Shown: positions 27,035 through 44,293 of the stretch, piece after piece | Layout of the letters: every line of letters begins with the position of its first letter | How positions within the stretch are numbered: the stretch's first letter is position 1 | Notes under the pieces: generated by a model | Seen by the model: the letters and a program-made list of their open reading frames with translations, nothing else | What the model was told of the DNA's origin: nothing | Database searches by the model: none | Made by a program: the position numbers and the translations under genes | Source of the DNA: Perkinsus olseni | Lineage: Eukaryota | Direction of reading: 5' to 3' | DNA length: 53,329 nt | NCBI GenBank assembly: GCA_013115125.1 | Contig: JABANN010000202.1 | Coordinates: 1 to 53,329 of the forward strand

Positions 27035-29448
27035 TCACATTATACTACAGGCATTAGGCTGTTGTGAACCTGATAATGATGTCATCATTTCTGTAATGTA
27101 TCCTCCAACATACTGGTCACCTCCAGGAGGCTTCGCTCCGCCACACATCTGCATGATTTCCGATATGTATTGCTGTTGTTTCATTGACGATTCCATAAAC
27201 CTGTTAAAATGACATGAGCCGGGTTCGAACCGAGGATCTATCGGGGTGAATGTACTTCATGTCCCCTTGAAGGGTGGGTGAATGCATCATCCCCGCTATT
27301 GTTAAATCCTCTCCAGTCAAACCCTTGCCACTATCTTCTCTCTCTATAGCAATTGATGCTACACCTTGGGCGAATGGTAATGCATATTGCGCATCGAAAA
27401 CCTCCTCAGGGTTCTCCTCTGACTTCATCATAGTCTTTATCAACCCCAAGCATGCTGTCATACAACTCTGCATGGCTACTACCTGATAATACCACCTACC
27501 CTTCCAACTACACATGGTTTATGCTGCTTACTTGGGATGCTGTAATATTTTTGACTCTCTTCATAACACTAGGTGGAGGTGGTGGTGGTGGCATCTGGCC
27601 TTGTGCTGCTATCATCATCACCTGTTGTTGGAGTACATGTATAATGGAATGATATCATAACTGTAGATGCTGACTACCTGTAGATAGGCTGCTAGATCAC
27701 AACTGGACTTGATCCAAATATTGTGAATCTTGTCGTTATCCTTATACCGTCCATATAAGTCGCCGAGCTCGAGTGGGTTCAATGCAGCTGACAACAGCAG
27801 CAGCAGCAGCAGCAGCAGCATCGGTATCGGTATCGGTATCGGTATCGGTATCACCACCGAGCTTACGATGATAGCGTGAGGCATCCTTCATGGCTTTGGA
27901 GTTCTCCTTGGTATGTTTGACAAACTCCCTGTATGCCGTCTAACACCAGGTCATCATCATCATCATCATCATCCAACAATCACCCTCACTACTACCACCA
28001 CTACCTTGATGCTGATCTTGTGGTGATCAGGCGTCCCCTTAGAAGAGAATAACATGTCATAAAGCTTCGCCCACAACTTCCGAGTGCTTGTATTCTGCTC
28101 GTAAAGTAACTCCATCATCTTCTCAAATTCATCTTCGAGTAACTAAGGTATCGTTCCTATCGAGTACTAGTGCCTGTATGCTGTCCCACTACCAATGGTC
28201 GGCAGTACTCATGCAACTTAGCCATAGTATGAGCCAACATCTCCGCCTCCTGCAAGTTGATGATACACATAAGGCGATAATCACTCTCATCATAATCCTC
28301 ACCTGTTGATAAGCCTTATCATCTTCGAGCTGCTTCTCCATGCGCTGAACTGCCATCTCTAAGTCATCAGCATCAATATGAAACTCAGAATAAACCTTTA
28401 AAGTAACCTAGACAGGTTATCGATAATGTATCACCAATATACCGTTTGTTGTTGTTGTTATTACATGAACCTCAGCGGCAGCCTCCACCACTTTGGGTAG
28501 CATCTCATAGCGCTCAGTTTGCGGTATCTTCTTGAAGGTCGCCACAAGCCTCAAGAACCTGTAGTAAGATTGCTGCTGCTGCTGTTGGCTGAGTGATGAT
28601 GCTGCTGTCTGGACCACCATTACGTTTTATTCATGAATTTATGTATGTTGATGACCTTCTTCCGATCAATACTATCAGCCACCGATTTAGTAGCATGAAC
28701 TGGCGGTACACTAATACCCCCTACGATGATAGACAATAACTAGACGATAGTAGTATTGAGTAGTGCTACTACCTTGCTGTGCTAACATCATCCTCTCACC
28801 AGCTTTATTAACCTCATCATCATCGTACCTGATGCCAAGTATGATGAAGGTTGAAGCGGTGCAGAAGTAGTAAGTACATTACTTCATAGCTAGTGATTGA
28901 ATATCCCTATCATTGATACCCCTCTCTTCTGCTGGGTCCTTCCCTAATAATAATCATCCTATCAACAGCAGCAGCAGCAGCTTGGCAACAGAGGACTACA
29001 TTGTCCAAGATCCAATAGCATGTTGTATAGGTCTTTGAATGTCAATGCCTCGTAACCACCTCCCTTCTTTATTAACTCCCTCGCGAAGTCAGAGATACGC
29101 TTTCGGGAATTAATCTGATGATCATGATGATGATGAGTAGACCATGTACGATACCCAGTATTATCATTACATGATAATCAGCCACCTCATTGAGTAGTTT
29201 TAGGAAATCATCACGATTATTAATAGCATCAGCACCAGTAGTGGTAGGAGCAGGGGGAGGAGTGGTATCATCAAGGGTCTCGGCAACATGGAGGGCACCA
29301 AGCGAGTCGGGTATAATGCCCAAGCCTACTGTACCGTATCTAAAGGTGTCCCGTGTAAGATACAAATAAGGTTGGCCACGACTGATGTAGTGATGTAGAA
29401 TGTTATTATCACTTCTTCATTCTGGCTTGGAATGCTTCAGTTGCATTC
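27035..29448 (-). CDS. Multi-exon helical hypothetical protein ending in a CaaX box (CSIM*)
   Basis: Spliced MNATEAFQARMKK/YGTVGLG...FLRLVATFKKIPQTERYEMLPKVVEAAAEVH...QGDMK/FMESSMKQQQYISEIMQMCGG...QQPNACSIM*. Confidence 0.7.
27201..27255 (-). other. Intron containing tRNA 3'-half-like sequence (sense)
   Basis: GTACATTCACC-CCGAT-AGATC-CTCGG-TTCGAAC-CCGGC-TCATGTC-A-TTTT-AACAG. Confidence 0.7.
27795..27852. repeat. Compound intronic repeat (CAG)n + (ATCGGT)n
   Basis: Seen directly; fills most of a minus-strand intron. Confidence 0.85.
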
Positions 29449-29455
29449 ATCGACG

Positions 29456-29468
29456 ATTGTTGTTGTTT

Positions 29469-29538
<70 letters not shown>
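29456..29538. repeat. (TTG)n microsatellite just upstream of the minus-strand ATG
   Basis: Seen directly. Confidence 0.95.
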
Positions 29539-29830
29539 GCCGAGGTGTTTACTGTAGGAGCCGCTTTCCGCTGCGTATTGGCATGTGATGACGATGATGA
29601 AGTCATTATCGAAACAACAACAACAAACTGTGCAGCAGAGCAAAGTCGTACAACCGCCCCCATTACGATAACTAATACCAACTTCTCCCCAAACCCTACC
29701 CGAACGATTCCCCTCATGGACATGAGTTTAACGCAGTTAATCCATGATGAAGTTCACCAGGGTACCGCAACGAGATGATCAGGGACCGGGGACTGCAGTA
29801 AGGTATGCTGATTATTATTGTGTTAATCCT

Positions 29831-29846
29831 TCGGGCGAGCGCTACT
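29831..29846 (+). promoter_or_regulatory. Candidate promoter motif TCGGGCGAGCGCTACT (copy 2), in divergent intergenic region
   Basis: 16/16 identical to 42892-42907. Confidence 0.5.
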
Positions 29847-29984
29847 GACATCGATCACTTTCATTCAATCTGAACTTCCTTGGCTATCTTTGTGCAGGGT
29901 TGCAGGTATATTATCCTTACCATTACCCCTCCCCCCTCCTCCTACCGTCACTATTACCAAGACGATAATACTGAGGATACCATT

Positions 29985-31144
29985 ATGCAGTGGATTGATA
30001 ACCAGAAACTACGGCAGATATCAGCAAGGATCAATACATTGGACTTGGCCGATCTAAGACTAGATTGCAGATTAGAATTATTCGCCACCATATCCAGTAG
30101 TAGTGCCAACCAGGATATTAATAATAGAATACCATTACCTATAGAGAAGAGTCTTAATAATGAGATACGGTCATCACCACATCTATTGAAGGCATCACCA
30201 TTGGGGCCATTATCAGCTCAGCATTCAAGACAATTATTGGTTACATTAATCGGAGTATTAAACGACACATTCCCTGATTATCAATTCAACACTCTAAGCC
30301 CTGATCATTTTGTTAAGAAGGAAGACCCAGCTGAGGTTGTTAGTAATAATACTACCACTCCAATCATCAGCGTCATCGCCACCCCAATGTCATCATCAGG
30401 TGAAGTTAATCAGTATTTTGGCACATCACTAGACTTAGCCCAACCAGGGTTAGTAGCTGAGCTGTGGGGTGCAGTACAAAGTTGTGTTAGCTTTATCGAT
30501 ACAGAAGTCTATGAGCTGGTAATGGTCCCCATCATGATGGTGCTGTCGCTAGTATCTTGTTGTTGTTAGGTTGACGATCTGAGCCTTCTGACAGCAGCTG
30601 ATGATGATTCTGGATCACATCTTTGGCAGTTCCATTACTTCTTCAATGATAATAAACATAAGAGTAATAACGATACCATACAAAAATAACTATAACGATA
30701 ATCATTATCAGGGTTACTCTTGTTCGCAGTGAAGGCGACATCAAGATACGTTCATGGTCATACAACGGGCTCGGAGGCTGATGATGAGGATGATGATATG
30801 ATGCAACCTGGAGAAGGGCTTTATTCATCACCTACATCAGCCAGGGGGTATTATAGTAGCAGTGATTCGGAAAGGAGTGGTATGGGAGGAGAAGGCTCTG
30901 CAGTAGGGCCTTCTACTGGCAATGCAGGACATCATCATCGCATAATAAAGCGGTCCCGTCAGAATGGTAGATTAGCATCATATGACCAGCGCAGCGATGA
31001 CCAACAGAGTAATAAAGTAGTAGGGTCATCAATGATGTATGGTTCTTGTTGTTATTAATAGGTAGTATATGGTCCCAGACCAGTAGAGAGGATATAGCTA
31101 TGGATGATTATGCTAGTAGTAGTGAATCAAGTGATTTGTATTAA
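29985..31144 (+). CDS. MAF1: MAF1 repressor of RNA polymerase III transcription
   Basis: MQWIDNQKLRQIS...RLELFAT; SPLGPLS..SRQLLVTLIGVLNDTFPDYQF; LWQFHYFFNDNKHK; acidic C-tail. Matches Maf1 boxes A/B/C. Confidence 0.85.
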
Positions 31145-31481
31145 TAGTAATATCATGTATTATTAAAGTAACATTAACCACGACACTAACGACTTTATTA
31201 TTATCACTATTCAATGCACCATTATTATTACTATCACGTGATGTGGGAGTTGTGGTATGAGAAGAAGCGTACGGGCGGTATGATAATAGTCATGATAAGT
31301 TTTATTATTAACGTGAGTAATGCTGATGATGATGTTGATAATAAAGCGTTCGTGGACACCATTATGATGATAATCTAATAACTAATGACCATTATTCTTA
31401 TTATTGAGTTCATCGTCATCATTCTGGAAGGTCTTCGTGTAACTTTACGTTCTTTACTATGCAGTTGTATCCAACCTAATA

Positions 31482-32559
31482 ATGATAAGACCTGAGCAAC
31501 GCCATCCGACAATCATAATCACAATCTTCATCATCATAGTATCATTACTTCCAACAGCAGCCCACACCCCAAGGTTGGAGGTTGGAGCTGCGCCGTCGTC
31601 TGTTGGGACTAGGGAGACCGACAACCCGAAGAATGGAGATGGAGTATTATATCCCGACTCTGATGATGAGGATGATGACGATTATGGTACACTAGATGGG
31701 TATTACTTCAGTGCTAATGGTTCATTACCGAAGTCCTTCACTGCAAGTGGGGTCAAACGAGTAACGATGAATGATGCTGTTGAGAACGCCAATCCACCAA
31801 TGATGAGCATCACCTTCGACATGATTAATAATGATAAGACCAGCAGCCATCCCAACCGAATCACGACTGGTCAACTCATCGTCAATCCTGATGGCAGTAT
31901 CAACCATCAGTGCTTCACCTTCGATACTTTTAGTATGATATCCAAACCAAGAGCATTTTTGAGGACATTGGCTGATATCGCGGTCAATGAGGAAGGAAGC
32001 AGCAACAACAAGGCATTGACACTTAAAGACGTTAAAATGTGCCTTCACCCAAGATATGGTCACCCGAGTACCATCATGTTTGGTAAAGATATCACAGTTG
32101 AACTCAGTCGACGTAGTGAGAGTACCTCACGGATGCCTGATATCATTGGATACTATCAGGGTGTGTCAGAGCATGGCCTCCAAATACAAATGATAGTAGA
32201 GAAGAAAGTTGATGCCGGTTTACTGCAATGCAAGCTGAGAATGGGTAAAGATAGAGATGGTATTATAGAACACACGAAGCCTTTAGTGATGGTTAAGGAG
32301 GAGTCTATGATGATGAGTAAGGGGCAGCATCATAAACCATGTTACAGTATAGATTTCAATATGGCTCTTGATGTGGTATTATTGATGGAGCTGGGCGTCG
32401 TCGCAGATCAATTCTTCCTCTGTTTCCGCCAATCCTTTGCTCTATTCAAATTTGGGGTGCCCTCTGATGATGACTATTTCGAAGTAGTATTGTCACGGTG
32501 GAAGTCAGCGGGACAGAACCGCGGCATAATCCACGGCCATCATCATTATCATCTTCGTA

Positions 32560-32611
<52 letters not shown>

Positions 32612-34232
32612 GAAGCATCAGTTGTACATTGGTTACATCCCCCCACAATATCTCAAGTACCTTACGAATTTGGAAGTGGTTATTATCGCAAGTTTAGATT
32701 CCAGTGAGACAAGTGTAGTGGTGGGGTTCTCAAAGGGCAATGCTCATCATTATATAGAGTCACAACACCTTAGTCTATACAAGCATCGTGCTCACTTCCT
32801 AAGGGACAGCTTGCCTCAAGATCTCCCTCTACGGAAGCTTATTGCTGATGTCAACTTGGGGGTGGTACCCTCGCGCAGGGTGCTTACCATTTTTACGAAG
32901 CCTACCTTGCGGATTGTACTTGGAAAAGTACAGTTTCCCCTATTCAAAAGTATTATCGGTACCACCAATGATACTTTTATGCCTCAGCCGCAGTCGTCTG
33001 CGTCTGCCTCTCCTCCTCCCGCTGCTCACCCTCAATCATCATCATCATCAGTCTCATCATCTCACGGGCGAGCAGCAGCCTCAGGTAAAAGGGCATCAGC
33101 ATCATATGTGAAGCCTGAAGCGAAGCGCCGGAAGATGGTGGTGGGAGGGAAGAAGTCCTCAGAGAAGGAAGTGACCAGACGTCCAGCAGACGGGTCTGCT
33201 GCTGCTGCTACTAGTGGTGTTGGGGATGCTCCTGCCATGATGACCAAATCCATCATCACACTCGGTGTGTACGTTAACGAGAAGTGGACTATGGGGGAAA
33301 TGGATGATCGTATTATCATTGAGGTCTCCACTCGACAGTCATTTATAGGGATTACGCTCGAATTACAGGAGCTCAGGCCCGGAGGCAACGGGGAACCTCG
33401 CGCAATACTTCAAGATGATGGCAGTTTCAAATGGCTGGAAACGAGTTACTCAATAAAGAAAACAGCCTTCGTCCCACTGATAGCATACATTCAGGAAGGT
33501 TGGTTAAATCATTTCTATCTTAAAACAGCAGCCCTACCCGACAAGGATAGACGTTATGTACTTTCAACCTTGGCCCGGATAGCTGTCATTAGAGGTATAC
33601 CTGTCGATGGGTCTATTCTTATTGAAGCATACGTTAGGGGAGCACGGTTGGCCTCTCCTGATGCTTTATGTCTCAAATTCAGCAGCAGCAACCGACCATG
33701 AACGACCGCGGGGTTCCATGGAAATATCATCTTTGCATGGACCGGAAACATCAAAGAAGACGACCAGAAATATCCTAGGTTGACGCCAGAAGATGTTGGG
33801 GATCCTGATTATATCTGTTATGCCACTGAAAGTCCCTCTCAAGGGTTCAATTCTATCCACATGCGGGTGTATGGGACTGAACAACAACAGCAACAGCAAC
33901 AGTCACCAGCAGCAGCAGCGTCTGTTGAATTCTTCTTTGAGTTTTCCCTCCCCATCATCCTCAAACCTCCATGCCGCGTACCATTAAAGAAAGTTGATGA
34001 TTCTGATGGACTACTTTTGGATACTACCAGGCTGAATGAGACTGAGTTGGAGGAAGTGTCTGTCCAATTCATACAGGCTGGGCTTTACGCTGGTCTTAAC
34101 GCTGGTCGGATGCGTCCAATATTCTTGAAGGATGTCAGACTTCTTCTACTCGACGACGATAATCAATGGACTCTGAGGCTCGCAAGGGACTGTACCTTCA
34201 CTCTCAAGCCCTGTAATCCCAACCAGCTTTAA
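31482..34232 (+). CDS. Intronless secreted multi-domain protein; one in-frame TGA at 33699-33701 separates 739 aa from a 176-aa in-frame continuation
   Basis: Signal-peptide-like IIITIFIIIVSLLPTAA; about 5 diverged G-x-Y-initiated domains; ORFs 31482 and 33780 are in the same frame with no other stop between them. Confidence 0.75.
32559..32610. repeat. (GAT)n coding poly-Asp tract
   Basis: Seen directly inside the 739-aa ORF. Confidence 0.9.
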
Positions 34233-34411
34233 TAAAGAGTCTCGAAAGCGATAGCGAATATGATAATAATGAAGATGTTCATAATGATGATGATTTCATG
34301 TCATGCTGTTGTTGTTGCCGATATCTATAATGATGTATGAGTCCTTTTGAATTGCGTTAATGACATGGGCATCATCATCACAGTCCTATACGGCTTCGCT
34401 GTACACTGATA

Positions 34412-38960
<4,549 letters not shown>

Positions 38961-39047
38961 TCTCACTGCTTGTAAGCATCTTTCTATCAACGATCTATGG
39001 CCGATTTGTGTTGACCCTGGTGAAGCGTAGCAGCTGCTGTGAGGTTG

Positions 39048-39692
39048 ATGGTATTCATGTTTCAGAGTATTCTCATACTCATGTCATCATCAGCAGCCAT
39101 CATCGATCGTCCAGTCGGTCGTCGTAGTGGGGTACCAGCATGGAGCAATGGTGGCTATAACCATAGGCCACTGGATAATGCAGGATACTCTACATCACTC
39201 GTAGTCCCGAGCTGCATCTATGGTCATGCAATAGTAAACGATAACTATGTTAAACGAGCAGAGGGAAGGTGAGGGCAACGGCATCATGCACTGTCCAATG
39301 ATGATACACTATTGGCGTTCCCGTCATCAGGTTGTGGCGTCGAGATCTCCCATCGGAATCATCAGCCTGGGCTCACGACGGCACCACTAGAGCTATGATG
39401 CTATTCAATAATACTGATATAAGACCATACACCAGCCCATCGCTGGCTACTCTTTATCAACTGGACATGAGTAGAATTAACAGACCAGATGTTGTCATTC
39501 AAAAGCTGTATCGAGGAGAGTGTCGTCCTCGGCGTAGGGAGAGGAAAGCATACCACTCTTCACGCTCATCAAGGTACTACACTTCGTCATCCTGATGAGC
39601 CACACGATGGGTGCTGCATCATCAGGTCATCATCACTTGCTACCTCCACATCACCAACACGGTGCCATGTACAGAATAGTTGTAAGACGTGA
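39048..39692 (+). CDS. Hypothetical, possibly secreted protein, multi-exon
   Basis: Hydrophobic start MVFMFQSILILMSSSAA; successive ORF pieces joined by GT-AG. End uncertain. Confidence 0.4.
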
Positions 39693-40114
39693 TGTGGTTT
39701 GTGTGGGGTATTAACAATGACGGTGATGATGATCAGATATCAAACGGCTACTACACCCAACTACTACGACAACACGTTCTTGGTTATAGCAGCAGTAGCA
39801 GCCTAGCAGCAGCCCTGAGTAAGTTAATAACAACAATGATGTGATGATGAGTATAATCATGTTGAGCTGTGCATGATAGACTAGAGTGGTGTTAGTATCC
39901 ACAAGGGGCGGCATGGACCTCAGAGATCTGACAGCTACGGAGGGATTCATTCTAGTATCTACCAGAGTTGTGGTCACCCACTGCCGCTGTCATCTTTCAC
40001 CGAGTGATGGCCACCGTGTGACTGCGGAACACGACAGGACAGTAGTGAAGCTGTGATGTTAAAAGTAATATTAAAATAAATTGAAGGGTGCAGCAATATG
40101 TCAATAAGAATAGT

Positions 40115-42733
40115 TCAGCCAGTTGTAGCGATATTCTCATACTGAGTCGATAGGTGCATCAACTTGTACCTAGTGTATGATGTTGACAGCATAATGATAC
40201 CGCAGTAACTTACAAAACAATGAAGACAAGCAGATGTAGACCCAACAGGTACACTCCACCTGCGATCCTCGTAACTCTATTCCCAGCCATTTGAGTTAAA
40301 ACCTGGACCTGATCAAAGAATAGTACCACACGTCTCCGAAATCATCTCGGGAGTATTACAATCATACGTTCCCCCGTTGGGAGTTTCATCAGCCTTTTCT
40401 CTCTTTCTGAGGTCTTGAAGGTCTCGAATGGTGATAATATAACCCCTTGCATGTATGCTGGCATATACCGCATTTCCACATCATCCTCCCCATCATCCAA
40501 CTCGGATATGATACCTACTTAAGATACAGTATAATGACGACTACAAGGAGACCACTACGTGCTCTTTTGGTAGGAGCCTCGACGCTACTGCTGCTGCCGC
40601 CACTCACAGATTGCCAGTACCTGCCCAATGCATGATGGACGGGCAATAGTAATGACTATTACTTTTTCTGTTCCAGCAGCCGGACATTATCCGCATAAAG
40701 TCTATCACACTTCCTCGACTTCTCCCCAGCCTCCACTCTTAGAGAATCCCTCTCAGTCTCAAGAGCCAATACTCTAGTTCTAAGATGATCTCGTTGTTGA
40801 CGTGTTATATCCAATAAAGATGGTTCGGTCGAATTGCCCTCCTCATTACTGACACCCGCCGCCGGAGTGTACGGTAATGATGATGATGGTGAGGCCTGTA
40901 GCATTAGCCAATGACGATTGAACAACGAGAAGAAGCGTGGAATATGACATCAGCAGTAACCTCCTTCTCCAGCCTATCCAAGGATTCCTTCAACGTCATC
41001 ACTTCACTTTGTCGTCGTCTCAGCTCGTCTGCCATACTGTCAGCTTCAGAGGCCTTCACACGAAGAGGGGCCAACTGAGCTTCCAAGTTCCTAACCTAAC
41101 CAGATACTCTGGCAAGGGCCCCCTGATGCACCACCACCACCACCACCACCACCACCACCTTCCCCAGCAGCATTCGCTCGACATCGGTTGTGCCCTCTGA
41201 GGGGTCCGTACTGTATTCAACGATATTCATCCTTTTTAGCGTTGCTTGGCACCTGACGTTGAAATGGAATCCGCCCAGGTTCAAATCCCAGGTGCAGTAC
41301 TTTCCGAGATCCTCTTCTACAGCCCTCAGCCTCATCACTTCCTTCTCCTGGTGTTCAAGTCTCTCTATCGTCGCTCTTAACTCCTCGGACGCTTGAGATT
41401 CTCTCCGTTGCAGCTCATCAATGACATTCTGTCTCTCATCTCTATCAGCATCGGTCTTCGCCCGTAATGCAGCCAACTCGACCTCGAGTGCCTCACTACG
41501 TACACGCTCTTGCTGGAGGTTCAACTCGACCGTCCTAAGTACAACCAATCGTCGCCAAAGCCAAGCCCCCTCTACTTATTACGAATTGGATCCATCCAAG
41601 TGTTGTGAGCTACTATTCTTCCAGTTGAGTTGGGTCCGCAAAGCCTCTACCTCAGCAGTGAGCCGATCGACATCCTAAACTTGCATCCTGTGATGATGCA
41701 ATGCCAGCAGCTACCCTACTGCAGCTAGTGTCTCATTCTCAGAGGCCAGGGCTTGCAGACTATCCTCAGATACTTTCGAGTATTGGAGCCTCTCCTCCTC
41801 TGCTTTAGCTATTAAATCTTCCATCTCCTTCCTTCGCTGCATTTCCATATCCAACTCGTGCTGTAGCCGTCGTTTATGGTCATCAACTTCCATACCATGG
41901 GCATGGAGTCTTCTATTAAACTCCTCCGCCTGTTCGCTAAGAGCTGCTTTAACCTTCTCATCAGCTTCATCATCCTTAGCCTTGATAGTCTCTCGCAGTC
42001 GGCGTACAGTCACAGCCTGATTGGTGAGAGTAGAGAACTCCGCGTCTAAGTCGTGTAACTGAAGACACATGATCATCACGTCACTGCAGTAGTCCTATTC
42101 AATACCTTCGTAGTAAGCCTGACAATCTCATCGTCCTTCATCCGTATAGCCCGACTAAACTCATCTAACTGTTCCTCACCACCAGTGGCCCCGAGACCAT
42201 CAGCGGCCGACACGGGATCGGGTAGAGGTTTGAGCAATCTGAGGCAGTGATAATACTGATAATGCTTCCACCATTGGCTGAGGACTCACTGGAAGAGTTT
42301 ATTGAAGGAAGTCTCGGCATGTTTAGCTCTCCTACTCAGAGCGTCGATCTCCGATTGATAACTCTTCAACAACTCATCCCACTGTGATGTTGATGATGAA
42401 TCTTCACAGTGCGGCAAAGATACTCCCGAGGAGGTCGCCAATAACCGCCTTTGGAATGCCTCTAAGATCAGCATCCTATGACCTCATACTCTAGTAGCAT
42501 CCCTTTACTCGTGTCCTCTGCAAGATGCTTCTTAGACTCTAGACTACGAGCCCTACACTCGGCCATCATATCCACGGTGTTGGACATCTCCTCGAGTAGG
42601 AGAGGGAAGTTCAAGGACCTGCTGGCATCATGCTAGTCCCCCTATTGCTAACCCCTGGGATTCATTATTACCTCCATAACTCGGTCGGTGTCTGCTCCTC
42701 CTCAGCCACTCTTGGTGATGATGTTACCGACAT
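40115..42733 (-). CDS. CASP: CASP/COY1 golgin (CUX1 N-terminal coiled-coil + CASP C-terminal TM), multi-exon
   Basis: YQSEIDALSRRAKHAETSF...LPDP; EFSTLTNQAVTVRRL; SLLDITRQQRDHLRTRVLALE...LYADNVRLLEQKKYWQS; C-terminal TM YLLGLHLLVF. Confidence 0.85.
41253..41300 (+). other. CASP intron with tRNA-like T-loop/B-box (antisense)
   Basis: Plus strand TTGAAATGGAATCCGC-CCAGG-TTCAAAT-CCCAG-GTGCAGT-A. Perfect B-box, imperfect stem. Confidence 0.55.
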
Positions 42734-42891
42734 TCTCAACTACAAACACAACCCAATCGGAATGTGGATTGTCCAGATGCCCCCTCCCTCTGAGTAGTCG
42801 AGGAGAATTCAAGTTGGGGCGCAAACTCCCAATTCAAGAGCGGAGCGGACACTTCAAGCACTCGACACTAATTGCGCGGTCAATCGATCGC

Positions 42892-42907
42892 TCGGGCGAG
42901 CGCTACT
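42892..42907 (+). promoter_or_regulatory. Candidate promoter motif TCGGGCGAGCGCTACT (copy 3), between divergent CASP and prohibitin
   Basis: 16/16 identical to 29831-29846. Confidence 0.5.
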
Positions 42908-43097
42908 CAATTGGCGCTCGTGAATATGATAATCGGGAGGTGTTGAGGACTCTAATGTCGTTGCGTAGGATGGTATTCCTGCAAGGGCTTCTCGATAGAT
43001 GATGTGTGGTGTGTTGTGCTGGATATCATTAGTATGATGATGGGGATGGATCGGTATCTATCTGTAGTCTAAGCCTTCCCATCCTACTTGTATTTGA

Positions 43098-44293
43098 ATG
43101 GCTAGTGCATCATCTGCTGGAGCTGATAAATTCCTATCCGGATTGGCATTAGCAGCCTTTGGTGCAGGAGGGGTTGGCCTATTCTGCAACACATGCCTTT
43201 TTAATGTGGATGGTGGCCAGAGGGCAGTCATGTGGAATGTAATTACGCCAGGAACTAGACCTGTTTTGTATCTTGCCTGCTCAACCTGTGGATATCTTAG
43301 GTCTTCGGGGGTGTATCTGATAAAATATACGGCGAAGGGACTCATGTGAGGCTCCCGTGGTTCCAGCGACCACATGTGTACTCAATCCAGATCAAACCTA
43401 AGCTCATTCAAACGACCACAGGTAAATTCAACCTGTTCTGTATCCTACATGGTTCAAGCTAAGATACTATGAATCTCAGGTACCAAGGACCTGCAGATGG
43501 CTACGATTCATGTCCGTCTGCTTTACCGTCCTGTCGCTGAGCGTTTGCCGGCCATCCACAAGTCTCTTGGACCCGACTTTGCCGAGAGAGTTTTGCCTTC
43601 TGTTGGGAATGAGGTCGGTTGTTGTTGTTGCTGTTGCCACCCCTTGTGCTGCTACTGTGTATGCTTCGTCAGGTATTGAAGGCTGTTGTTGCTCGATATA
43701 ACGCCGAGCAACTACTCACACAACGAGAAAAGGTATCGCGTGAGATCAGGAATGCTGTAGTCGACCGATGCCAAGCATTCGATGTGAGGATTGAACCGGG
43801 GTCGCACGGTTTGGAAATGTACCTGTTATCAGATTGCCCTGGATGATGTTGCCATTACGCACTTGAATTATGGTAAGGAGTTCGCCAAGGCTATTGAGGA
43901 GAAGCAGGTTGCCGAGCAGGAGGCCGAGAGGCAGAAGTTCGTTGTTGCCAGTGAGTGAACATCATTCAACTGTTCTACATAACATAGTATCCTTCCGTAG
44001 AGACCGAGCAAGAGAGGATAGCCACCGTTATTAGAGCTGAGGGTGAGGCTGAGGCTGCTACTATGATATCCAAGGCACTCAAGGAGCATGGCACTGGCCT
44101 CATCGAGGTAATTATTGTGAAGCATGATGATGATCGGTAGCGATATCATCATCATCGTCGTTGTTAGGTGAGAAGAATCGATGCTGCTCGAGAGATTGCG
44201 GAGACTCTGGCTAAATCACCGAATGTTATGTATCTACCTGAGAAGCAGAATACACTTCTAGGCCTCGGCTCTGCGGCGCAGGGTGGAAAATAA
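43098..44293 (+). CDS. PHB1: Prohibitin (SPFH), multi-exon
   Basis: [94 protein letters not shown]. Confidence 0.95.
43784..43832 (-). other. Prohibitin intron with tRNA-like fragment (antisense)
   Basis: Minus strand TTTCCAA-ACCGT-GCGAC-CCCGG-TTCAATC-C, truncated at the donor. Boundaries fixed by AFD/IALDD. Confidence 0.6.

Noticed and set aside
29985-31144. Functional link between MAF1 and the B-box introns
   Set aside because: Co-location in a eukaryotic contig implies no functional linkage.
34233-34410. Selenocysteine reading of TGA 33699
   Set aside because: No recognisable SECIS stem-loop downstream and no redox motif around the codon.
43422-43479. GGTTCAAGC in a prohibitin intron
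   Set aside because: Lacks the closing CC, the stem and tRNA spacing.
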